40,210 nt of DNA from Escherichia phage T7. A program made the translations under genes and the position numbers. Below are positions 33,501 through 40,210 of the stretch, in pieces. Under the pieces are notes generated by a model. It made no database searches, was not told the DNA's origin, and was given only the letters and a program-made list of their open reading frames with translations. The DNA lies in sequence record LR745709; one strand, 5' to 3'. Numbering within the stretch: the first letter of the stretch is position 1; each line of letters begins with the position of its first letter.

Positions 33501-34552
33501 TAGGGACCTTGAAGTATTCAACACAGGAACTGGCTGCTCGCTCTCCGTGGACTAAGCTACTGAACGGAACCACTAACTACCTTCTGGATGCTGCGCGTCA
33601 AGGTATGCTTGGGGATGTTATTAGTGCCACCCTAACAGGTAAGACTACCCGCTGGGAGAAAGAAGGCTTCCTTCGTGGTGCCTCCGTAACTCCTGAGCAG
33701 ATGGCTGGCATCAAGTCTCTCATCAAGGAACATATGGTACGCGGTGAGGACGGGAAGTTTACCGTTAAGGACAAGCAAGCGTTCTCTATGGACCCACGGG
33801 CTATGGACTTATGGAGACTGGCTGACAAGGTAGCTGATGAGGCAATGCTGCGTCCACATAAGGTGTCCTTACAGGATTCCCATGCGTTCGGAGCACTAGG
33901 TAAGATGGTTATGCAGTTTAAGTCTTTCACTATCAAGTCCCTTAACTCTAAGTTCCTGCGAACCTTCTATGATGGATACAAGAACAACCGAGCGATTGAC
34001 GCTGCGCTGAGCATCATCACCTCTATGGGTCTCGCTGGTGGTTTCTATGCTATGGCTGCACACGTCAAAGCATACGCTCTGCCTAAGGAGAAACGTAAGG
34101 AGTACTTGGAGCGTGCACTGGACCCAACCATGATTGCCCACGCTGCGTTATCTCGTAGTTCTCAATTGGGTGCTCCTTTGGCTATGGTTGACCTAGTTGG
34201 TGGTGTTTTAGGGTTCGAGTCCTCCAAGATGGCTCGCTCTACGATTCTACCTAAGGACACCGTGAAGGAACGTGACCCAAACAAACCGTACACCTCTAGA
34301 GAGGTAATGGGCGCTATGGGTTCAAACCTTCTGGAACAGATGCCTTCGGCTGGCTTTGTGGCTAACGTAGGGGCTACCTTAATGAATGCTGCTGGCGTGG
34401 TCAACTCACCTAATAAAGCAACCGAGCAGGACTTCATGACTGGTCTTATGAACTCCACAAAAGAGTTAGTACCGAACGACCCATTGACTCAACAGCTTGT
34501 GTTGAAGATTTATGAGGCGAACGGTGTTAACTTGAGGGAGCGTAGGAAATAA
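30596..34552 (+). CDS. 16: Gene 16, internal virion core protein with N-terminal lytic transglycosylase domain (1318 aa)
   Basis: N-terminal SLT-like motif (...AWTESRFVPTAKSKTGPLGMMQFTKATAKALG...). Largest ORF in the window. Confidence 0.97.
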   Translation: MDKYDKNVPSDYDGLFQKAADANGVSYDLLRKVAWTESRFVPTAKSKTGPLGMMQFTKATAKALGLRVTDGPDDDRLNPELAINAAAKQLAGLVGKFDGDELKAALAYNQGEGRLGNPQLEAYSKGDFASISEEGRNYMRNLLDVAKSPMAGQLETFGGITPKGKGIPAEVGLAGIGHKQKVTQELPESTSFDVKGIEQEATAKPFAKDFWETHGETLDEYNSRSTFFGFKNAAEAELSNSVAGMAFRAGRLDNGFDVFKDTITPTRWNSHIWTPEELEKIRTEVKNPAYINVVTGGSPENLDDLIKLANENFENDSRAAEAGLGAKLSAGIIGAGVDPLSYVPMVGVTGKGFKLINKALVVGAESAALNVASEGLRTSVAGGDADYAGAALGGFVFGAGMSAISDAVAAGLKRSKPEAEFDNEFIGPMMRLEARETARNANSADLSRMNTENMKFEGEHNGVPYEDLPTERGAVVLHDGSVLSASNPINPKTLKEFSEVDPEKAARGIKLAGFTEIGLKTLGSDDADIRRVAIDLVRSPTGMQSGASGKFGATASDIHERLHGTDQRTYNDLYKAMSDAMKDPEFSTGGAKMSREETRYTIYRRAALAIERPELQKALTPSERIVMDIIKRHFDTKRELMENPAIFGNTKAVSIFPESRHKGTYVPHVYDRHAKALMIQRYGAEGLQEGIARSWMNSYVSRPEVKARVDEMLKELHGVKEVTPEMVEKYAMDKAYGISHSDQFTNSSIIEENIEGLVGIENNSFLEARNLFDSDLSITMPDGQQFSVNDLRDFDMFRIMPAYDRRVNGDIAIMGSTGKTTKELKDEILALKAKAEGDGKKTGEVHALMDTVKILTGRARRNQDTVWETSLRAINDLGFFAKNAYMGAQNITEIAGMIVTGNVRALGHGIPILRDTLYKSKPVSAKELKELHASLFGKEVDQLIRPKRADIVQRLREATDTGPAVANIVGTLKYSTQELAARSPWTKLLNGTTNYLLDAARQGMLGDVISATLTGKTTRWEKEGFLRGASVTPEQMAGIKSLIKEHMVRGEDGKFTVKDKQAFSMDPRAMDLWRLADKVADEAMLRPHKVSLQDSHAFGALGKMVMQFKSFTIKSLNSKFLRTFYDGYKNNRAIDAALSIITSMGLAGGFYAMAAHVKAYALPKEKRKEYLERALDPTMIAHAALSRSSQLGAPLAMVDLVGGVLGFESSKMARSTILPKDTVKERDPNKPYTSREVMGAMGSNLLEQMPSAGFVANVGATLMNAAGVVNSPNKATEQDFMTGLMNSTKELVPNDPLTQQLVLKIYEANGVNLRERRK

Positions 34553-34572
34553 TACGACTCACTATAGGGAGA
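34550..34572 (+). promoter_or_regulatory. T7 promoter phi17 (class III); also drives the inserted trxA
   Basis: taatacgactcactatagggaga; +1 near 34567. No other promoter lies between it and trxA. Confidence 0.93.
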
Positions 34573-34624
34573 GGCGAAATAATCTTCTCCCTGTAGTCTC
34601 TTAGATTTACTTTAAGGAGGTCAA

Positions 34625-36280
34625 ATGGCTAACGTAATTAAAACCGTTTTGACTTACCAGTTAGATGGCTCCAATCGTGATTTTAATATCCCGTTTGAGT
34701 ATCTAGCCCGTAAGTTCGTAGTGGTAACTCTTATTGGTGTAGACCGAAAGGTCCTTACGATTAATACAGACTATCGCTTTGCTACACGTACTACTATCTC
34801 TCTGACAAAGGCTTGGGGTCCAGCCGATGGCTACACGACCATCGAGTTACGTCGAGTAACCTCCACTACCGACCGATTGGTTGACTTTACGGATGGTTCA
34901 ATCCTCCGCGCGTATGACCTTCACGTCGCTCAGATTCAAACGATGCACGTAGCGGAAGAGGCCCGTGACCTCACTGCGGATACTATCGGTGTCAATAACG
35001 ATGGTCACTTGGATGCTCGTGGTCGTCGAATTGTGAACCTAGCGAACGCCGTGGATGACCGCGATGCTGTTCCGTTTGGTCAACTAAAGACCATGAACCA
35101 GAACTCATGGCAAGCACGTAATGAAGCCTTACAGTTCCGTAATGAGGCTGAGACTTTCAGAAACCAAGCGGAGGGCTTTAAGAACGAGTCCAGTACCAAC
35201 GCTACGAACACAAAGCAGTGGCGCGATGAGACCAAGGGTTTCCGAGACGAAGCCAAGCGGTTCAAGAATACGGCTGGTCAATACGCTACATCTGCTGGGA
35301 ACTCTGCTTCCGCTGCGCATCAATCTGAGGTAAACGCTGAGAACTCTGCCACAGCATCCGCTAACTCTGCTCATTTGGCAGAACAGCAAGCAGACCGTGC
35401 GGAACGTGAGGCAGACAAGCTGGAAAATTACAATGGATTGGCTGGTGCAATTGATAAGGTAGATGGAACCAATGTGTACTGGAAAGGAAATATTCACGCT
35501 AACGGGCGCCTTTACATGACCACAAACGGTTTTGACTGTGGCCAGTATCAACAGTTCTTTGGTGGTGTCACTAATCGTTACTCTGTCATGGAGTGGGGAG
35601 ATGAGAACGGATGGCTGATGTATGTTCAACGTAGAGAGTGGACAACAGCGATAGGCGGTAACATCCAGTTAGTAGTAAACGGACAGATCATCACCCAAGG
35701 TGGAGCCATGACCGGTCAGCTAAAATTGCAGAATGGGCATGTTCTTCAATTAGAGTCCGCATCCGACAAGGCGCACTATATTCTATCTAAAGATGGTAAC
35801 AGGAATAACTGGTACATTGGTAGAGGGTCAGATAACAACAATGACTGTACCTTCCACTCCTATGTACATGGTACGACCTTAACACTCAAGCAGGACTATG
35901 CAGTAGTTAACAAACACTTCCACGTAGGTCAGGCCGTTGTGGCCACTGATGGTAATATTCAAGGTACTAAGTGGGGAGGTAAATGGCTGGATGCTTACCT
36001 ACGTGACAGCTTCGTTGCGAAGAGCTCTGGTTGGACTGAGGTATGGCAAGGCTCTGCTGGTGGTGGTGTTTCAGTAAGCCTCTCACAGGATGTCCGCTGG
36101 AGAACTATCTGGATTCTAGCTAATAATGGCATGTGTTCTGTTCAGATTGGAGCTGATGCTACTTACTTCATGGTGGTTATGGGTGGTTGGTTGAAGTTCA
36201 CAATTTCCAACAACGGGAGAACTTTCCGTAACGACCAAGATCGAAATACAGTACCTAAGCAAATCTTAGTTCGAAACTAA
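34625..36280 (+). CDS. 17: Gene 17, tail fibre protein (551 aa): T7-type N-terminus and shaft with a divergent C-terminal receptor-binding tip
   Basis: MANVIKTVLTYQLDGSNRDFNIPFEYLARKF... through ...GGKWLDAYLRDSFVAKS is T7 gp17. From about residue 468 the sequence (SGWTEVWQGSAGGGVSVSLSQDVRWRTIWILANNGMCSVQIGADATYFMVVMGGWLKFTISNNGRTFRNDQDRNTVPKQILVRN) departs from the T7 tip as I recall it, and the gene is 2 codons shorter. Confidence 0.93.
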   Translation: MANVIKTVLTYQLDGSNRDFNIPFEYLARKFVVVTLIGVDRKVLTINTDYRFATRTTISLTKAWGPADGYTTIELRRVTSTTDRLVDFTDGSILRAYDLHVAQIQTMHVAEEARDLTADTIGVNNDGHLDARGRRIVNLANAVDDRDAVPFGQLKTMNQNSWQARNEALQFRNEAETFRNQAEGFKNESSTNATNTKQWRDETKGFRDEAKRFKNTAGQYATSAGNSASAAHQSEVNAENSATASANSAHLAEQQADRAEREADKLENYNGLAGAIDKVDGTNVYWKGNIHANGRLYMTTNGFDCGQYQQFFGGVTNRYSVMEWGDENGWLMYVQRREWTTAIGGNIQLVVNGQIITQGGAMTGQLKLQNGHVLQLESASDKAHYILSKDGNRNNWYIGRGSDNNNDCTFHSYVHGTTLTLKQDYAVVNKHFHVGQAVVATDGNIQGTKWGGKWLDAYLRDSFVAKSSGWTEVWQGSAGGGVSVSLSQDVRWRTIWILANNGMCSVQIGADATYFMVVMGGWLKFTISNNGRTFRNDQDRNTVPKQILVRN

Positions 36281-36385
36281 CTTCGGGGCGCGCGGCGTCT
36301 GTGACCACCTGATTCTTGAGTAGCGGGGCCGAAAGGCCCCGCCAAGGCAACCGACGGAACGGCCACACGATTAAGGAGGTAACCC
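36281..36385 (+). other. Inserted GC-rich linker with GNRA-capped hairpin and strong RBS, upstream of trxA
   Basis: Perfect 8-bp stem gcggggcc-gaaa-ggccccgc (36323-36342) with no U-tract, then ttaaggaggtaaccc-ATG. About 65-70% GC versus about 48% for the phage. Not part of the wild-type 17/17.5 intergenic region. Confidence 0.8.
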
Positions 36386-36718
36386 ATGAGCGATAAAATC
36401 ATTCACCTGACCGATGACTCTTTTGATACCGACGTGCTGAAAGCTGATGGTGCAATTCTGGTTGATTTCTGGGCAGAGTGGTGCGGCCCTTGCAAAATGA
36501 TCGCTCCAATCCTGGACGAAATTGCGGACGAATATCAGGGTAAGCTGACTGTGGCCAAACTGAACATTGACCAGAACCCTGGCACCGCACCGAAATACGG
36601 TATCCGTGGCATCCCAACTCTGCTGCTGTTCAAAAACGGTGAAGTGGCAGCAACCAAAGTAGGCGCTCTGTCTAAAGGCCAACTGAAAGAGTTCCTGGAC
36701 GCCAACCTGGCTTAATGA
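36386..36718 (+). CDS. trxA: Thioredoxin 1 (109 aa), identical in protein to E. coli TrxA, ending in tandem stops TAA TGA; inserted cargo gene
   Basis: [109 protein letters not shown], with the WCGPC active site. Sits between gene 17 and gene 17.5, where T7 has no gene. Confidence 0.97.
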
Positions 36719-36776
36719 TTGGTAAATCACAAGGAAAGACGTGTAGTCCACGGATGGACTCTCAAGGAGGTACAAG

Positions 36777-36980
36777 GTGCTATCATTAGACTTTAACAAC
36801 GAATTGATTAAGGCTGCTCCAATTGTTGGGACGGGTGTAGCAGATGTTAGTGCTCGACTGTTCTTTGGGTTAAGCCTTAACGAATGGTTCTACGTTGCTG
36901 CTATCGCCTACACAGTGGTTCAGATTGGTGCCAAGGTAGTCGATAAGATGATTGACTGGAAGAAAGCCAATAAGGAGTGA
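36777..36980 (+). CDS. 17.5: Gene 17.5, class II holin (67 aa), GTG start
   Basis: MLSLDFNNELIKAAPIVGTGVADVSARLFFGLSLNEWFYVAAIAYTVVQIGAKVVDKMIDWKKANKE, preceded by caaggaggtacaag. Confidence 0.9.
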   Translation: MLSLDFNNELIKAAPIVGTGVADVSARLFFGLSLNEWFYVAAIAYTVVQIGAKVVDKMIDWKKANKE

Positions 36981-36985
36981 TATGT

Positions 36986-37255
36986 ATGGAAAAGGATAAG
37001 AGCCTTATTACATTCTTAGAGATGTTGGACACTGCGATGGCTCAGCGTATGCTTGCGGACCTTTCGGACCATGAGCGTCGCTCTCCGCAACTCTATAATG
37101 CTATTAACAAACTGTTAGACCGCCACAAGTTCCAGATTGGTAAGTTGCAGCCGGATGTTCACATCTTAGGTGGCCTTGCTGGTGCTCTTGAAGAGTACAA
37201 AGAGAAAGTCGGTGATAACGGTCTTACGGATGATGATATTTACACATTACAGTGA
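36986..37255 (+). CDS. 18: Gene 18, terminase small subunit (89 aa)
   Basis: ATG at 36986 after taaggagtgatatgt. MEKDKSLITFLEMLDTAMAQRMLADLSDHERRSPQLYNAINKLLDRHKF... Confidence 0.88.
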   Translation: MEKDKSLITFLEMLDTAMAQRMLADLSDHERRSPQLYNAINKLLDRHKFQIGKLQPDVHILGGLAGALEEYKEKVGDNGLTDDDIYTLQ

Positions 37256-37257
37256 TA

Positions 37258-37300
37258 TACTCAAGGCCACTACAGATAGTGGTCTTTATGGATGTCATTG
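37258..37300 (+). promoter_or_regulatory. RNase III processing hairpin R18.5
   Basis: tatactcaaggccactacagatagtggtctttatgga, the same motif family as other T7 RNase III sites. Confidence 0.6.
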
Positions 37301-37349
37301 TCTATACGAGATGCTCCTACGTGAAATCTGAAAGTTAACGGGAGGCATT

Positions 37350-37781
37350 ATGCTAGAATTTTTACGTAAGCTAATCCCTTGGGTTCTCGCTGGGATGCTA
37401 TTCGGGTTAGGATGGCATCTAGGGTCAGACTCAATGGACGCTAAATGGAAACAGGAGGTACACAATGAGTACGTTAAGAGAGTTGAGGCTGCGAAGAGCA
37501 CTCAAAGAGCAATCGATGCGGTATCTGCTAAGTATCAAGAAGACCTTGCCGCGCTGGAAGGGAGCACTGATAGGATTATTTCTGATTTGCGTAGCGACAA
37601 TAAGCGGTTGCGCGTCAGAGTCAAAACTACCGGAACCTCCGATGGTCAGTGTGGATTCGAGCCTGATGGTCGAGCCGAACTTGACGACCGAGATGCTAAA
37701 CGTATTCTCGCAGTGACCCAGAAGGGTGACGCATGGATTCGTGCGTTACAGGATACTATTCGTGAACTGCAACGTAAGTAG
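37350..37781 (+). CDS. 18.5: Gene 18.5, Rz-like i-spanin (143 aa)
   Basis: N-terminal transmembrane segment (LIPWVLAGMLFGLGWHLG) then coiled-coil-like periplasmic domain. Contains the embedded gene 18.7. Confidence 0.88.
   Translation: MLEFLRKLIPWVLAGMLFGLGWHLGSDSMDAKWKQEVHNEYVKRVEAAKSTQRAIDAVSAKYQEDLAALEGSTDRIISDLRSDNKRLRVRVKTTGTSDGQCGFEPDGRAELDDRDAKRILAVTQKGDAWIRALQDTIRELQRK
37465..37716 (+). CDS. 18.7: Gene 18.7, Rz1-like o-spanin lipoprotein embedded in gene 18.5 (83 aa)
   Basis: +1-frame ORF wholly inside gene 18.5, with a lipobox-like LICVATISGC and Pro-rich mature part. Confidence 0.78.
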   Translation: MSTLRELRLRRALKEQSMRYLLSIKKTLPRWKGALIGLFLICVATISGCASESKLPEPPMVSVDSSLMVEPNLTTEMLNVFSQ

Positions 37782-37802
37782 GAAATCAAGTAAGGAGGCA
37801 AT

Positions 37803-39563
37803 GTGTCTACTCAATCCAATCGTAATGCGCTCGTAGTGGCGCAACTGAAAGGAGACTTCGTGGCGTTCCTATTCGTCTTATGGAAGGCGCTAAACCTACC
37901 GGTGCCCACTAAGTGTCAGATTGACATGGCTAAGGTGCTGGCGAATGGAGACAACAAGAAGTTCATCTTACAGGCTTTCCGTGGTATCGGTAAGTCGTTC
38001 ATCACATGTGCGTTCGTTGTGTGGTCCTTATGGAGAGACCCTCAGTTGAAGATACTTATCGTATCAGCCTCTAAGGAGCGTGCAGACGCTAACTCCATCT
38101 TTATTAAGAACATCATTGACCTGCTGCCATTCCTATCTGAGTTAAAGCCAAGACCCGGACAGCGTGACTCGGTAATCAGCTTTGATGTAGGCCCAGCCAA
38201 TCCTGACCACTCTCCTAGTGTGAAATCAGTAGGTATCACTGGTCAGTTAACTGGTAGCCGTGCTGACATTATCATTGCGGATGACGTTGAGATTCCGTCT
38301 AACAGCGCAACTATGGGTGCCCGTGAGAAGCTATGGACTCTGGTTCAGGAGTTCGCTGCGTTACTTAAACCGCTGCCTTCCTCTCGCGTTATCTACCTTG
38401 GTACACCTCAGACAGAGATGACTCTCTATAAGGAACTTGAGGATAACCGTGGGTACACAACCATTATCTGGCCTGCTCTGTACCCAAGGACACGTGAAGA
38501 GAACCTCTATTACTCACAGCGTCTTGCTCCTATGTTACGCGCTGAGTACGATGAGAACCCTGAGGCACTTGCTGGGACTCCAACAGACCCAGTGCGCTTT
38601 GACCGTGATGACCTGCGCGAGCGTGAGTTGGAATACGGTAAGGCTGGCTTTACGCTACAGTTCATGCTTAACCCTAACCTTAGTGATGCCGAGAAGTACC
38701 CGCTGAGGCTTCGTGACGCTATCGTAGCGGCCTTAGACTTAGAGAAGGCCCCAATGCATTACCAGTGGCTTCCGAACCGTCAGAACATCATTGAGGACCT
38801 TCCTAACGTTGGCCTTAAGGGTGATGACCTGCATACGTACCACGATTGTTCCAACAACTCAGGTCAGTACCAACAGAAGATTCTGGTCATTGACCCTAGT
38901 GGTCGCGGTAAGGACGAAACAGGTTACGCTGTGCTGTACACACTGAACGGTTACATCTACCTTATGGAAGCTGGAGGTTTCCGTGATGGCTACTCCGATA
39001 AGACCCTTGAGTTACTCGCTAAGAAGGCAAAGCAATGGGGAGTCCAGACGGTTGTCTACGAGAGTAACTTCGGTGACGGTATGTTCGGTAAGGTATTCAG
39101 TCCTATCCTTCTTAAACACCACAACTGTGCGATGGAAGAGATTCGTGCCCGTGGTATGAAAGAGATGCGTATTTGCGATACCCTTGAGCCAGTCATGCAG
39201 ACTCACCGCCTTGTAATTCGTGATGAGGTCATTAGGGCCGACTACCAGTCCGCTCGTGACGTAGACGGTAAGCATGACGTTAAGTACTCGTTGTTCTACC
39301 AGATGACCCGTATCACTCGTGAGAAAGGCGCTCTGGCTCATGATGACCGATTGGATGCCCTTGCGTTAGGCATTGAGTATCTCCGTGAGTCCATGCAGTT
39401 GGATTCCGTTAAGGTCGAGGGTGAAGTACTTGCTGACTTCCTTGAGGAACACATGATGCGTCCTACGGTTGCTGCTACGCATATCATTGAGATGTCTGTG
39501 GGAGGAGTTGATGTGTACTCTGAGGACGATGAGGGTTACGGTACGTCTTTCATTGAGTGGTGA
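37803..39563 (+). CDS. 19: Gene 19, terminase large subunit (DNA maturase B, 586 aa), GTG start
   Basis: Walker-A-like FRGIGKSF near the N-terminus, C-terminal nuclease-type region. Preceded by taaggaggcaat. Confidence 0.96.
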
Positions 39564-39644
39564 TTTATGCATTAGGACTGCATAGGGATGCACTATAGAC
39601 CACGGATGGTCAGTTCTTTAAGTTACTGAAAAGACACGATAAAT

Positions 39645-39667
39645 TAATACGACTCACTATAGGGAGA
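39645..39667 (+). promoter_or_regulatory. T7 promoter phiOR
   Basis: taatacgactcactatagggaga; +1 near 39662. Confidence 0.93.
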
Positions 39668-39821
39668 GGAGGGACGAAAGGTTACTATATAGATACTGAA
39701 TGAATACTTATAGAGTGCATAAAGTATGCATAATGGTGTACCTAGAGTGACCTCTAAGAATGGTGATTATATTGTATTAGTATCACCTTAACTTAAGGAC
39801 CAACATAAAGGGAGGAGACTC

Positions 39822-39971
39822 ATGTTCCGCTTATTGTTGAACCTACTGCGGCATAGAGTCACCTACCGATTTCTTGTGGTACTTTGTGCTGCCCTTGGGT
39901 ACGCATCTCTTACTGGAGACCTCAGTTCACTGGAGTCTGTCGTTTGCTCTATACTCACTTGTAGCGATTAG
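39822..39971 (+). CDS. 19.5: Gene 19.5, small hydrophobic protein (49 aa)
   Basis: ATG at 39822 after aaagggaggagactc. MFRLLLNLLRHRVTYRFLVVLCAALGYASLTGDLSSLESVVCSILTCSD. Confidence 0.7.
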   Translation: MFRLLLNLLRHRVTYRFLVVLCAALGYASLTGDLSSLESVVCSILTCSD

Positions 39972-40039
39972 GGTCTTCCTGACCGACTGATGGCTCACCG
40001 AGGGATTCAGCGGTATGATTGCATCACACCACTTCATCC

Positions 40040-40210
40040 CTATAGAGTCAAGTCCTAAGGTATACCCATAAAGAGCCTCTAATGGTCTATCCTAAGGTCT
40101 ATACCTAAAGATAGGCCATCCTATCAGTGTCACCTAAAGAGGGTCTTAGAGAGGGCCTATGGAGTTCCTATAGGGTCCTTTAAAATATACCATAAAAATC
40201 TGAGTGACTA
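40040..40210. repeat. Right-end short repeat array abutting the (absent) right terminal repeat
   Basis: Imperfect cctaa(a/g)g-type repeats (cctaaggtatacc, cctaaggtctatacctaaagatagg, cacctaaagaggg). Window ends ...aaaatctgagtgacta, where the right terminal repeat would start. Confidence 0.75.

Noticed and set aside
36281-36385. Inserted linker considered as a site-specific recombination site (lox/FRT/att) or a promoter
   Set aside because: No 13-bp inverted repeats around an 8-bp spacer, no FRT-like repeats, no T7 promoter core and no convincing sigma70 -35/-10. The only clear structure is the GNRA hairpin and the RBS.
36371-36799. 142-aa minus-strand ORF spanning the trxA insert
   Set aside because: It is antisense to the thioredoxin ORF, whose protein is an exact known sequence on the + strand, and no promoter or RBS serves the reverse frame.
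38437-38706. Alternative-frame + strand ORFs inside large genes (this one in gene 19; also 15159..15476 in gene 5 and 26170..26436 in gene 12)
   Set aside because: No RBS or independent support. Small overlapping frames have been proposed within T7 gene 19 (19.2/19.3), but I cannot match coordinates confidently and did not annotate them.

Overview
This window is essentially the complete genome of Escherichia phage T7. It starts at the left 160-bp terminal repeat and stops exactly where the right copy would begin. All genes are on the + strand in canonical order (early 0.3-1.3, DNA metabolism 1.4-6.7, structural/lysis/packaging 7-19.5), with three sigma70 early promoters, 17 T7 RNAP promoters, terminators TE and Tphi and the RNase III hairpins all in place. 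Gene identities and the reference map are recalled from memory, not searched. Two departures from wild type sit together at the tail fibre locus. First, the last ~85 codons of gene 17 encode a divergent receptor-binding tip (roughly half the residues differ, 2 residues shorter) on an otherwise T7 shaft. Second, a 438-bp cassette lies between gene 17 and gene 17.5: a GC-rich linker with a perfect GNRA hairpin and strong Shine-Dalgarno, then a full-length thioredoxin ORF (protein identical to E. coli TrxA) ending in tandem stops, with the native 58-bp intergenic region intact downstream. TrxA is the host processivity factor for T7 DNA polymerase (gene 5), so this phage carries its own essential host factor alongside an altered host-recognition domain. 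This looks like a deliberately built host-range / host-independence module, not a new natural system. I find no CRISPR array, tRNA, integrase or defence island. Minus-strand ORFs in the track are treated as spurious.
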